Shown: in pieces, positions 44,101-52,424 of the stretch
How the letters are laid out: the number at the start of each line of letters is the position of its first letter
Position numbering within the stretch: position 1 is the first letter of the stretch
NCBI GenBank assembly: GCA_024231025.1
Contig: JAAEQW010000090.1
Coordinates: 21,490-85,489 of the forward strand
Reading direction: 5' to 3'
Length of the DNA stretch: 64,000 nucleotides
From: Candidatus Omnitrophota bacterium
GTDB lineage: Bacteria; Omnitrophota; Gorgyraeia; Duberdicusellales; 4484-171
Made by a program: the position numbers and the translations under genes
The notes under the pieces: generated by a model
What the model saw: the letters and a program-made list of their open reading frames with translations, nothing else
The model's database searches: none
What the model was told of the DNA's origin: nothing

Positions 44101-44445
44101 ATTTAGAGGATTCTCAGGGTCAAAGCGCAACCCTTTCAATACAGAGTAAGAATAATCCTGGGATAACGGAAGTAACTTAGTTGGAGATGGTAAATTATAC
44201 GCATGAGCGTGACTTATCGCGCCCTTGCCCTTAAGGCGCAGCAATCCCGGCAACCTGCCCCGATCGAATAGTCGGGGAATCGCTGCCGCCAATATTGCTA
44301 CCGCCACAAAAACAGCAATTACCCGAAAAGGTACAGACCCCTTCCTTAATGTAATTTTTCGAATCACAATTTGTCTCCCTACAAATAAAAAAGCATGGAT
44401 CTCGCCTCCCCAGGCATAAATCCATGCTTCCCTAATATATACCAT
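38194..44445 (-). CDS. Giant multi-domain protein (2083 aa). It has the N-terminal TM anchor and roughly 400-aa domain shared with giant 1. A basic Pro/Gly/Lys-rich linker is followed by a eukaryotic-like protein kinase domain (VVGDVNPRNIIV, about 41800-42900), a HATPase_c (GHKL) domain (about 40520-40950), a class I SAM-methyltransferase-like domain, an alpha/beta-hydrolase-like domain, a second copy of the linker and methyltransferase-like domain, and the shared C-terminal module.
   Basis: Continuous 6.25-kb ORF. The motifs read are: glycine loop GVGGYSTIY; catalytic D-x-N-P-x-N; N-box LFDNA; G1 DNGIGI; G2 GTGIGLS; methyltransferase motif I VVDVGIDGT and motif III VVKPGGKIV. Confidence 0.85.
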   Translation of the reverse strand: MVYIREAWIYAWGGEIHAFLFVGRQIVIRKITLRKGSVPFRVIAVFVAVAILAAAIPRLFDRGRLPGLLRLKGKGAISHAHAYNLPSPTKLLPLSQDYSYSVLKGLRFDPENPLNIEFIVDTANQEDINQEEASRLIRYFLAGLTLPEEELWVNLSPYEKTRVAPDDLSLTDLGKDLLGQDYILKQLLSSLTYPESETGKDYWEKVYEDCRDAKLCVSDLSINAFNKVWITPDKSVVYENKDVAYITEATMKVMLEDDYVARGHVPDRTGTCTGSPDVVGDRYVSPEVNEITSRLMRETILPKISHDVNHGKNFARLRQIYHSLILAVWFKEKFKDTFYQHYIDQGKIKGIDLEGKGAKDKIYNLYVEAYKKGVYNYIKPERDPTTHKRINRKYFSGGCNFISLPNNLKVAQNISDAVASGMFSATKAKRIIASGRTVDENRNGSISLESRPRVSGKPRRGDSPQAPGARNGKPKKGKRPLKPPAANHPRGGSVSDSILEVTPDVLLGYMMRNKIFKDKAKTLEGFEREMVAIGHDKGVNNSLQILSDVGMVCEDDSRYYLPDYFKSISARGLWTILDNFPSLKTPQLTKEETAAIKYTFSEHEPLPVHTSAAQVRQYYLDAIKNDPLLSPYFTNAIVNTLGRSVLGVGGYSTIYSLSDDDAIFCKVSGGGYRKEGESILALENKMNMRELRTLVKFNQLDMPGFSQLKKEGAGVDEDGNLQMTEENISGGQQIGKKVIKIEGYQVVDSWFEVGEIFGSFSVVEQIDVFAKVLSFCENVHKQKLVVGDVNPRNIIVNQERRVGMIDPQFVAPIGAMPRRSGMDSFIPSGLRFYPRYPSWDIYSLAKIMGYVFENIPDGYQDDWEADKEKSGLQDLITYMEELYPKHPIDDDMVYVKEQFERVKSYYLIKERIINLEKLREISSERKLDEQEKDYLKKYLIYFKYMYDQEEAVTTSSEDSIDYLIILSRLELKSKGYPNPPTTIKALIDKIGLKSYSHGIMPSVFDFGLIDSVLEKLRESENKDDKRIELGEKLSRKSERLKTNLRNIVDASTFAIFNLTVRLDFPSLVYAIVVDLITQLEEIIDSKEEVINFLQLIKGDLAGSDDKKLDRKLDEMIDTILEVRRRGQGALDALEDLKDAIDDSAEMKIVGVGESLYSALERYRNIYKKVDWQMSRNDSVQMEANAIQLDFIWSNLFDNAAYATRECEQIKDEPYQGEVSASVKQTDNNVIISITDNGIGIFEDKLKDGWIFQEGKTTKGNLGTGIGLSIVKELIDDLGATINVKSRHIEEDSQNHGTTFTIIMPIKEIDGAIADKPTAEDLEDLGIFNNIKSERAWQEAVGLLNKLGVKNGDSITNVGVEGVHFSGYLGLVVSSLGINYVGYGLQRGPHEKSENIAEMFLENPLVRKELKGKIKYVLGEFSAGERSKSKELADHSQDVVITLTGVFSDPAPDSNPEEALREALRVVKSGGKIVAGTYGMKPELERVERLIKRILSQPEYEGIRVGEPNYVNYREGLDFNGYIYEINKTDGSGFSLTNSSSPFVVSNGVENWGSGLPEYMEGFFKLLANQAKEVYSVSLFERSEKWPKNAIFKEIRRVLDIHRYLFKRKQLVREITEKIPKQLSEKPFIPVAYSAGFDLWIQAIEQEKYPVSTIVAIEGVMLNKAKKIIDNPHLRRIISISGELRFPYQIEDRKFHNSKGEEIETVKIVIEGASHWIFNQPEYLKVMSEEIKDQFLKLENEGLPAPADAGRRISGKPWRGDFLQAPGVGNGKPKKGKRPLKPPAAIHSRGGSSRQEEPKGVIIKKRTKDDFAIRRFKRIKGGDDWKEVVSFLNGLGLKSGDSVVDVGIDGTYPLGCLGVVTSTLEIDYIAYSLDPRAHLMSKDAADIFLKKPFFRKELKGEIKHILGEFSAGERSKSKELADHSQDVVMTSTGVLSDLFPVSHPKEVLEEALRVVKPGGKIVAGTYGLSTEFKKVDSLIKELLSQPEYEGVKIERQHYVDCRRSLRFSGYVYEVTFPENNGGVGGIDMLRKNFNLQTEGEGVFVKRAQTSGAPTFSYEGLIFTVTSIEDISSSELTQMLLPVER
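43587..43663. repeat. GC-rich palindromic element inserted in-frame in giant gene 2, translated as RGHVPDRTGTCTGSPDVVGDRYVSPE. Its left arm CCGGGGACACGTACCG is identical to the giant-1 element at 19411. Its right arm CCGGTACATGTCCCCG is tandemly duplicated.
   Basis: Direct reading. The identical 16-mer contrasts with the otherwise diverged paralogous flanks. Confidence 0.6.
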
Positions 44446-44537
44446 TTTTTATATATAAAATCAAGGTAAGCGACAATCAGGGGCACTCTTTGTAACTACC
44501 TGAACATGAAGAGGTTATAGGTCTAAATTATAATTTG

Positions 44538-45260
44538 TTATATTTTCTCGAGGCAGGCATCCGACACCCATGCTACTTTACCATCGCTACGTTTTAACTT
44601 ATACCACCCTTGCTTATGGTCAAGAATTAAGACTTTTTGACCCTCGTAAAGGGTAAAATGAGTTGTTGCCATATCAAGTGGTTCAAACTTAGCTTGCACG
44701 TCTGAAGAAATTACCACTGCCTGGCTATTTAAAAATTCAAGCTTTGCCTTAAGCAAAAACGATCCACCAAATAAAATAATTACCAAAATCACAGCAGTAA
44801 AAATAAATCTAAATCGATTTACCTTATTAATAAAGCAAAAAGCTAATGCGCAAACTAAAGCAATAAAAACAAAAGAAAGAAAAACGCTTACCCCATCAAT
44901 GGGAAAATCACCAATTACCCTCATAAACCAAGGCTTCCGCTCAGTAACATTATGCTTTAATAACGATGATACATAATTATAATTTGCCACCAGATCAGCA
45001 TCATGCGGCATAATTCGCTTTGCCCTCTCATAATATAACACCGCCTTAGCCAATTTGCCTTGCTTAACATAGCAATTACCGATATTATAATGAAGATTAC
45101 CACTCACTTTTTTGAGGCTCAATATCTTTTGATATTCTAACAGTGCCTTAGAGTATTGACCTTGAGCATAAAAATCATTTCCACGCTGAAAATCACCTCT
45201 CTCTTGGGCATAACCGCTTAATACCGCAAAAAACAATATAAGTATAAAAATCTTTTTCAT
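44538..45260 (-). CDS. batE: BatE-like TPR protein with C-terminal SH3b domain
   Basis: Signal peptide, TPR repeats, a TM segment and a C-terminal SH3-like region (KVLILDHKQGWYKLKRSDGKVAWV). It is the last gene of the Bat operon. Confidence 0.55.
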   Translation of the reverse strand: MKKIFILILFFAVLSGYAQERGDFQRGNDFYAQGQYSKALLEYQKILSLKKVSGNLHYNIGNCYVKQGKLAKAVLYYERAKRIMPHDADLVANYNYVSSLLKHNVTERKPWFMRVIGDFPIDGVSVFLSFVFIALVCALAFCFINKVNRFRFIFTAVILVIILFGGSFLLKAKLEFLNSQAVVISSDVQAKFEPLDMATTHFTLYEGQKVLILDHKQGWYKLKRSDGKVAWVSDACLEKI

Positions 45261-47071
45261 AATTTAACTCTTTCTAGATAATCAACTATCTCTCTTAATT
45301 GATCAAACGACAACTGCATACCCACCTTATCAACCGCACCCGCTGCAAACCGAGCCATATCGCAAGCCTCAAACAATTGCCTCATTTTATCTATGATATT
45401 TTTGTCGATACCTCCTAAAACAGCAATCTCATCAACAAAATTTATGGTAATTCCAGCAGAAGCAAGATGAAATTTATCACCCAAATACTCCTGCAAAGTC
45501 TTAAACGCAATATTATAAAAATCCTGAGATTTGCCCGAAACCATTAGATGCCTAGCTCGATTGATCCCAATTTTCGCCTTTTTTGGAGCTTGAAGTCTGC
45601 GCGCATAACGACTATCGGTTCTTAGTCGTTTGGTTTCTAAGAAAACTACTGCTGCAACAGCCGCAATGAAAACAATTAAAAAATGAAATATTATAAATCC
45701 TAATTTATTGTGCAAATAATGATCTTTCCTTCTAAGTTGACCGACATCCTCTTTAATATAAACTATATCCTCACCTACAACATCCTTGGCATAAGTTACA
45801 CCGCCATCGCCCGATTCAAACATTTGTGCCTCATCTAAAATCGTACCGCCTTCAACAACGATCGCTGTTGGCTCATTAGTAATTGTCAAATATTCGCCCA
45901 CCTTAGGATTAAAAAAAGAAAAACCTATAGCCGGCATCTCATTAATCGTGCTCTTTTTAGGAATCACCACCTGCTCAAAAAGTTTACCACTCGAGGTTGA
46001 TGTTACTTGCGGATCATAAATTTTGAAATCATCTCCTAAGTTAAGATCGATCAAATTAACTGTTTTGAAATTTCCATCTCCTGAAACTACCATTTTTAAA
46101 GTAATCGGATCGCCAACTTTAACTTTTTTTGGACTTATCTCTACATCAAAATTAAAATCACCAACAGCTCCATTAAAATTATCAGGCTTACCGGCAACCG
46201 GTAAATCTTTTATTTCAATATTTTCTTCAGGTGCAGATAAATTAAGTGGGTATCTTTGGTAATTGGCAAAAAAATTGTCAAATATATTTCCACCAAAAAA
46301 TCCTGAACCAAAAAAATCATCATCAAACGCAGATGACTTCCTTCTTCGTTTTTCAACTATCAAGTTACAATTTAAACCTACTGGTCCAAAAACAATACTT
46401 CCTGAGCGCAAAGCAAAAACATCAGTTGAAAATTCAATAACATCATAATTAATGCCATTCATTCTTTCCTTGTATTGCCTGGGCTGACTAAAATCACCCA
46501 CAATGATGCCATCTTTTGGAATCTTTGGATATTGGATATCCCTTATCCCTAAATTATCGACGTAAAGCTTAACTTTTAGCGGTATAATTTCATTAACATA
46601 GGCTTTATTTTTACCTAATTCAGCAACTATAAATGCCCTATCTTCTAAATCATAGCTCTCTTGAGGTTGAGAACCCCCCCCTGATGCGGCTATTTTATTT
46701 GCAACCTCTATGTTAACGGGTAGCGAAGAATAGTCGATGCCCTTATGATTAATGGTAATCGAAGGAATCACAAAGCTGCCCTCTTTTAAAGGGATTAAAA
46801 TATAGTTGTGAGTTATCGAGCTTGAAACTTGCCCATTAACAATTGACATTTTGGTTGATGGTCCTAAATACCGCACGTCAAAACCATCAATTTCCGGCAG
46901 CTGCGGTCTTTCGATGCTTCCAATGCCGCCAAAAGTAAGGCTCAATGTTGCAGTTGATCCGATTGAAACTCCACTACGATCAACACTAGCCTCAAAGCTA
47001 ATATCTGCGGCTAAAAGTGTCATACTTAACAATAAGAATAAAAGTACAAAAAACTTGCTCTTCACTACCAA
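45257..47071 (-). CDS. batD: BatD-like protein (oxygen-tolerance operon; large exported beta-rich protein with a C-terminal TM)
   Basis: Its size, signal peptide, C-terminal TM helix and position between the TPR proteins of a vWA/MoxR operon match BatD. Confidence 0.65.
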   Translation of the reverse strand: MVVKSKFFVLLFLLLSMTLLAADISFEASVDRSGVSIGSTATLSLTFGGIGSIERPQLPEIDGFDVRYLGPSTKMSIVNGQVSSSITHNYILIPLKEGSFVIPSITINHKGIDYSSLPVNIEVANKIAASGGGSQPQESYDLEDRAFIVAELGKNKAYVNEIIPLKVKLYVDNLGIRDIQYPKIPKDGIIVGDFSQPRQYKERMNGINYDVIEFSTDVFALRSGSIVFGPVGLNCNLIVEKRRRKSSAFDDDFFGSGFFGGNIFDNFFANYQRYPLNLSAPEENIEIKDLPVAGKPDNFNGAVGDFNFDVEISPKKVKVGDPITLKMVVSGDGNFKTVNLIDLNLGDDFKIYDPQVTSTSSGKLFEQVVIPKKSTINEMPAIGFSFFNPKVGEYLTITNEPTAIVVEGGTILDEAQMFESGDGGVTYAKDVVGEDIVYIKEDVGQLRRKDHYLHNKLGFIIFHFLIVFIAAVAAVVFLETKRLRTDSRYARRLQAPKKAKIGINRARHLMVSGKSQDFYNIAFKTLQEYLGDKFHLASAGITINFVDEIAVLGGIDKNIIDKMRQLFEACDMARFAAGAVDKVGMQLSFDQLREIVDYLERVKL

Positions 47072-47907
47072 TCCTTTAACACCTTAATTGCCTTACCCTT
47101 ATTTAGCTCTTTGGTATAAAGCCCCCTGGGCTCGGCTTGCTGACGATAATCTTCTAACAACATTTGAGCCTGTTGAGCGCTCATCGCTTGGGCATCATTT
47201 TTACCTGAACCACTATCATTTTGCGCACCATCTTCTTTGTTTGATTCGGATAACTGTTGGTTGCGATTCTCATCAGTTTGCTGTTGCTGGCTATCGCTTT
47301 TGTCTTGTTGCTTTTGCTCCTTGGGGCTCTGCTTTGGCTGTGAGCCTTGTTCTTGCTGCGGGTTCTGCTTTGGCTGTGATTCTTTTTGTTGATCTTTATT
47401 TGAATCACATTGCTTATTTTCTTGTTGTTGTATTTTTTCCTGCAAGCGCTTAAGCTCTTCTTCCACTAAATCATAATTATACTGAGCATCTTGGCTTTCG
47501 TCATCACTTTCTATAATTTTTTTGTAATGACTCAGAGAGCGTTTTAGTAAATCGACTGCGGCGGTCAGATTGCTATCTTCATGCGCTGCTCCATGCATAT
47601 ATTCAGAATTAGCAAGATTATAAAATGATTTTTTTTGCAAATCTTCGCTTTCTGAAATAATTGCCTTTTGAAAATGTTCAATCGCACGAGAAAAATCTTC
47701 CATTTTGTATAACGCTGCACCAAGATTAAAATTTATTAAATCTGATTCGGGCCGCTCACTCAAGGCCTGACTATATTTGCTTTCGGCTTTGTCGAATTCG
47801 CCATTATTGTATAATACATTGCCTTGATTTATTTTTCCGCGTAAAGATGCCGCTTGAATCGGAAAAGCAATAGTCAAAGTAATTATTATCAAATAGACAT
47901 TTTTCAT
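47065..47907 (-). CDS. batC: BatC-like TPR protein with a Gln/Lys-rich low-complexity tail
   Basis: Signal peptide, TPR repeats, then a QQENKQ...QPKQNPQQEQGSQPKQSPKEQKQQ tract. Confidence 0.6.
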   Translation of the reverse strand: MKNVYLIIITLTIAFPIQAASLRGKINQGNVLYNNGEFDKAESKYSQALSERPESDLINFNLGAALYKMEDFSRAIEHFQKAIISESEDLQKKSFYNLANSEYMHGAAHEDSNLTAAVDLLKRSLSHYKKIIESDDESQDAQYNYDLVEEELKRLQEKIQQQENKQCDSNKDQQKESQPKQNPQQEQGSQPKQSPKEQKQQDKSDSQQQQTDENRNQQLSESNKEDGAQNDSGSGKNDAQAMSAQQAQMLLEDYRQQAEPRGLYTKELNKGKAIKVLKDW

Positions 47908-48902
47908 ATTTTTCTTCTTCTGTCAACAAAAGTATTCACCAGTAACAACATAAGAGCAATCATCAAAGGTATCTGAAAACGCTCAGTATAAAGCTTGCTC
48001 TTTTCTTCTTTTATATTGCGCTTTTCAAACTTTGAAAGTTTTTTCTCATAAAGCGATACCAAACCAAAATCGGCACCACCCGCACGCACATAAGCCGCCT
48101 TAGTGCTAGAAGATATGTATTTAAGAAGCTCTTCGTTTAATCTTGATTTAACAACGTTACCGTCATTATCTTTTAGAAACATTTTTTTGCCATTCTCATC
48201 GGTTAATTGTATTAGCTCACCATCTTGCGAACCAATACCTAGACAAAATATTTTTACCCCTTCAGCTTTAGCCTTATTAACAAGTTTCTCTAAAACGCTG
48301 CGATTGTGGTCTTCACCATCGGTTATTATTATCATAATTTTATATTTGCTTTCGCCTTCATCGTAACTTTCAAGCGCAGTGCTAATAGCCGAAGCTATCG
48401 ATGTCCCACCAATAGGAATAGAGTTTACATTTAAGTCATCAAGAGCCAGCAAAAATCCGCCATAATCAGCGGTTAAGGGGCACTGTAAAAAAGCACTTCC
48501 GGCAAAGCCCACCAAACCAATGCGATCGCCGTTCAATTTACTTATTAAATCACGTATCGCCAACTTTGAACGAAGCAAGCGATTAGGCGCAACATCACTG
48601 GCTAACATACTTTTTGATGTATCAACAGCAATTATGACGTCTAATCCTCTTCGTTGAATTGGAAGCCATTTAAATCCCGCTTGGGGTCGCATTAACGCCA
48701 ATAACGAAAAAATAAAAACTAAGACAATTAAAAAGCCCTTTAGCTTATGGTTACTCACAGAATAAGCAATTCTAGGAAGCAACTTCATATCAACAAAAGA
48801 GCTAATATCCTTTTTGCGTTTTTTAGCCGCCCAATATAAAAATATTACTACAGCAAATACTGCCCAAAACATATTGATAAAATAAAAATGACCAAATCTC
48901 AT
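47904..48902 (-). CDS. batB: vWA-domain protein BatB
   Basis: Two N-terminal TM helices and a vWA MIDAS motif (DTSKSM...TDG). Confidence 0.8.
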   Translation of the reverse strand: MRFGHFYFINMFWAVFAVVIFLYWAAKKRKKDISSFVDMKLLPRIAYSVSNHKLKGFLIVLVFIFSLLALMRPQAGFKWLPIQRRGLDVIIAVDTSKSMLASDVAPNRLLRSKLAIRDLISKLNGDRIGLVGFAGSAFLQCPLTADYGGFLLALDDLNVNSIPIGGTSIASAISTALESYDEGESKYKIMIIITDGEDHNRSVLEKLVNKAKAEGVKIFCLGIGSQDGELIQLTDENGKKMFLKDNDGNVVKSRLNEELLKYISSSTKAAYVRAGGADFGLVSLYEKKLSKFEKRNIKEEKSKLYTERFQIPLMIALMLLLVNTFVDRRRKI

Positions 48903-48903
48903 A

Positions 48904-49899
48904 TTATGGTAACACCCGTAAAACCGTATTAGTTAAAATTACCTCCATTAAAAGCAAAATTAAAGCCGGCAACAAAAACCAACTAAATAACTCCTTATGG
49001 CGCATAAAGCCTTTGTCTTGGATTATTGTTTTTTCCAAACTGTCAATCTCCTTATATATTTCACGCAGCGATTCGGTATCAACCGCTCGATAATATCTGC
49101 CTTCGGTCTTTTGCGCAATTTGACGCAATAATTCTTCATCCAAGGGTATTTCCACATTGCGATACGCCTGCCGACCAAAAAGATCATTCACCGGATACGG
49201 CACCAGCCCCTCACTCCCAACACCGATGGTATATATTTTTATACCTAAAGCCGCAGCAGCTGCCGCAGCCGTTTGAGGCGATATTTCTCCGGTGTTATTT
49301 ACACCGTCGGTTAATAGTATAATTATTTTGCTCTTAGCCGCTGTATTTTTAAGACGATTAACCGACGAAGCTATTGCCGAACCAATGGCAGTACCATCTT
49401 CAATAACGCCTATTTCTACTCTTTTTAAATTAGAAGATAGCCAATCATAGTCTAAAGTTAACGGGCAAACCGTGTAAGCTTTAGCAGCAAAAGCCACTAG
49501 ACCAATGCGATCATGTTCTCGCATAGTTATAAAATCATCAACCACACCTTTAACTGCATCTAAACGATTGCTTCTTGATGATCCGCGATTAAAATCTTCA
49601 GCCAGCATACTCCCTGATGAGTCAATCGCAAGGGCAATATCAATGCCCTCGGTTTCTAAATTGCTTATCTCAAGTGGCAGTCGGGGTCGCGCCAAAGCAA
49701 ACAAAAACAAAACAACCACTAGTAATCTTAAAAAAATAAGATTCTCCGCACACACAACCCTTAAGCCAGGTTTAAAATCTTTTACTAAATCTTTTGATGA
49801 AAATTTTAGACTGTTTACTCTTTTGTGGTTTCGCATCCATAGCGCGCCTAAAACAACAACGGGTACGAAAGCTAAAATTAAAACATCTTTAAAAATCAT
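48904..49899 (-). CDS. batA: vWA-domain protein BatA
   Basis: N-terminal TM, vWA MIDAS motif (DSSGSM...TDG) and a C-terminal TM. Confidence 0.8.
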   Translation of the reverse strand: MIFKDVLILAFVPVVVLGALWMRNHKRVNSLKFSSKDLVKDFKPGLRVVCAENLIFLRLLVVVLFLFALARPRLPLEISNLETEGIDIALAIDSSGSMLAEDFNRGSSRSNRLDAVKGVVDDFITMREHDRIGLVAFAAKAYTVCPLTLDYDWLSSNLKRVEIGVIEDGTAIGSAIASSVNRLKNTAAKSKIIILLTDGVNNTGEISPQTAAAAAAALGIKIYTIGVGSEGLVPYPVNDLFGRQAYRNVEIPLDEELLRQIAQKTEGRYYRAVDTESLREIYKEIDSLEKTIIQDKGFMRHKELFSWFLLPALILLLMEVILTNTVLRVLP

Positions 49900-50390
49900 G
49901 TCTTTAGCCTTTCGGAAGTATCCCCTATAAGCTTATAGGCGCAACTTAAGCTTTTTTCCATTTCTTCCGTTTGTGGATCGTACTTAGCAAATTTAACCAT
50001 ATCGCAATGGTTTAAAAAGTCCTTTAACATGTTTTTATTTTCAACACCAATACTGTCAAAACTAACAAGATAAAATAAAAATTCCTCAGTAGTCATTTCC
50101 GGCGCTCTAATGTCGAAACGATCTTCAAGATATGTTCTAACTATCAAAGAAAGTTCAACATAATAAGGCACAACACTTAAATTTTTATTTTTAAGTCTGT
50201 CCAATGCTTCCAAAGCCAAAACATAAGCTGGTATTTTTGGTTTAATATCAAGTGGTTTTTCTTTTTTCCGATGCTTTTTAATAATAAAAAATACGACAAC
50301 ACCTATTACAGCTAATATGATTAGGGCAATCAACCAAGCGTAATTAAGCCCAAAATTTATCGGTCCTTTTATATCTTTTAATTCAACCAT
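49896..50390 (-). CDS. Small membrane protein (DUF4381-like position in the Bat operon)
   Basis: One TM helix; its placement between the DUF58 gene and batA matches the conserved operon architecture. Confidence 0.45.
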   Translation of the reverse strand: MVELKDIKGPINFGLNYAWLIALIILAVIGVVVFFIIKKHRKKEKPLDIKPKIPAYVLALEALDRLKNKNLSVVPYYVELSLIVRTYLEDRFDIRAPEMTTEEFLFYLVSFDSIGVENKNMLKDFLNHCDMVKFAKYDPQTEEMEKSLSCAYKLIGDTSERLKT

Positions 50391-50391
50391 A

Positions 50392-51270
50392 TCATGAGAG
50401 TCTTTTTTCTCGTATCCTAAAAAATTTAATCAATTCTTTTTCGTAAGGGTTATCACTTCTTACATCAATCATATCTACACCTGATAAACGCAAAAGCCGC
50501 TTGCGCTCATTTATGCGCTGATAAGCTTGTTGTTTATATTTATTAATTATTTTTTTGTTGTTAGTATCAACTGTTAAAACACTATCGGTTTCAAAGTCAC
50601 GCAAACACAACAAGCCAACGCTGGCAAGCTCCATTTCACGAATGTCAGTAATGCTTATTGCCACAATGTCATGGCGCTTATTGGCTACGGTTAGTGATCG
50701 CTTAAAATCAGGAGCAAAAAAATCAGATATCAAAAAGCATACACTTTTTCTCTTTATTACTCGATTTAAATAATCAAGAGCCATATTAATATCTGTGCCT
50801 TTTCCCTGGGGCTTGAAATATAACGCCTCTCTTATGACTCTTAAAACATGGCCCAAGCCTTTTCGCGGCGGAATAAATTTCTCTATCCTATCGCTGAATA
50901 TGATGAGACCAACCTTGTCGTTATTCTTAATTGCCGAAAGAGCCAAAACCGAACAAAGCTCAGCAGCTAATTCACTTTTTAATTTATTAGTCGAACCAAA
51001 ACGGCAAGATGCTGAAACATCCAACACCAACATAACTGTCATTTCACGCTCTTCGACAAACTTTTTTATGTATGGATGCCCCATACGCGCAGTAACATTC
51101 CAATCGATTGATCGCACATCATCGCCAGGTTGATACGCACGGACTTCGTCAAACTCCATGCCTCGGCCCTTAAACACACTGTGATACTGCCCACCAAAAA
51201 CATCCGTAACCATGCGTGAGGTGGTTATTTGAATACGCCTTACTTGCTTTAATACTTCTTTAGGTATCAC
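50392..51270 (-). CDS. DUF58-domain protein (vWA-like partner of MoxR)
   Basis: Conserved DUF58 core with a vWA-like fold lacking a complete MIDAS; immediately downstream of moxR. Confidence 0.75.
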   Translation of the reverse strand: MIPKEVLKQVRRIQITTSRMVTDVFGGQYHSVFKGRGMEFDEVRAYQPGDDVRSIDWNVTARMGHPYIKKFVEEREMTVMLVLDVSASCRFGSTNKLKSELAAELCSVLALSAIKNNDKVGLIIFSDRIEKFIPPRKGLGHVLRVIREALYFKPQGKGTDINMALDYLNRVIKRKSVCFLISDFFAPDFKRSLTVANKRHDIVAISITDIREMELASVGLLCLRDFETDSVLTVDTNNKKIINKYKQQAYQRINERKRLLRLSGVDMIDVRSDNPYEKELIKFFRIREKRLS

Positions 51271-52259
51271 GGTACTTCTATTTCTTCAAATACTCTTTTT
51301 ATAATGCCTTCTGATGTTTTCTCTTGCGCTTCCGCCTCATAACTTACTGCGATCCTGTGCCTTAAAACATCGAAACCAACCGACTTTACATCCTGAGGAG
51401 TTACATAGCCCCTGCCTTGGATAAAGGCATAAGCCTTAGCAGCTAAAGTAAGGCATATGCTTGCACGCGGAGAAGCACCGTATTGAATAAGCTCAACTAA
51501 ATCATTTAGTTTATACTTTTGCGGATCTCTGGTAGCAAATACAACATCCAATATGTACTTCTCTATTTTTTCATCTAAGTAAACTTCATCAACTACACCA
51601 CGAGCACGTATAATATCATCGGGTGTGACTATATTCTCAACTTTTATTTTTTTATCAGTGAAACTCATGCTTTTAAGAATTTTGTGTTCGTCCTGCCACG
51701 AAGGATAAGTGACATTTACCTTCAACATAAACCTATCAAGTTGAGCTTCAGGCAAAGGATAAGTGCCTTCTTGTTCGATCGGATTCTGAGTAGCCAAAAC
51801 TAAAAACGGATTATCAAGTTTAAAAGTCTCTTCGCCTATTGTAACTTGACGCTCTTGCATCGCTTCTAGAAGTGCGCTTTGCACCTTAGCCGGTGCGCGA
51901 TTTATCTCATCGGCTAATATAATGTTAGCGAAAATCGGCCCTTTTTTAACTGAAAAACTACCCTCTTTAGGGTTATAAATGAGTGTTCCAATAAGATCTG
52001 CCGGTAAAAGATCGGGGGTAAACTGCAAACGCTGAAACTTGGTTTTAATCGCTTGAGAAAGCACACTTACCGATAAAGTCTTAGCCAAACCGGGCACACC
52101 TTCAATCAAAATATGTCCGTTAGCTAAAAGGCCAATTAGAAGGCGATCGATAAGATCCTTTTGACCAATAATAGTTTTTGATATCTCCATTTTTAAAGCT
52201 TCTACAAATGCGCTCTCCTTTTTGACTTTTTCATTAATAACCGTAATTCCTTCCGACAT
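51267..52259 (-). CDS. moxR: MoxR-family AAA+ ATPase
   Basis: GHILIEGVPGLAKT Walker A, ILADEINR Walker B and a MoxR-type C-terminal domain. Confidence 0.9.
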   Translation of the reverse strand: MSEGITVINEKVKKESAFVEALKMEISKTIIGQKDLIDRLLIGLLANGHILIEGVPGLAKTLSVSVLSQAIKTKFQRLQFTPDLLPADLIGTLIYNPKEGSFSVKKGPIFANIILADEINRAPAKVQSALLEAMQERQVTIGEETFKLDNPFLVLATQNPIEQEGTYPLPEAQLDRFMLKVNVTYPSWQDEHKILKSMSFTDKKIKVENIVTPDDIIRARGVVDEVYLDEKIEKYILDVVFATRDPQKYKLNDLVELIQYGASPRASICLTLAAKAYAFIQGRGYVTPQDVKSVGFDVLRHRIAVSYEAEAQEKTSEGIIKRVFEEIEVP

Positions 52260-52424
52260 AAAACACCTCCTGATGTAGTCTTACGGGCATAATCTTACTA
52301 AAATTATACCCGATTGATTTAATATCGCTTACACAGATTAATTATTTCATTAATTATTGGGAATTTAGAATAAGATAAGAACCAAAAAAACAGTTAAACC
52401 CGTAGCTCATTGGAACTCAAGCTA

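Noticed and set aside
52385-52424. Sequence cccgtagctcattggaactcaagc resembling a tRNA D-arm
   Set aside because: There is no acceptor stem pairing, anticodon arm or GTTC T-loop consensus nearby; it cannot be folded into a cloverleaf by eye.
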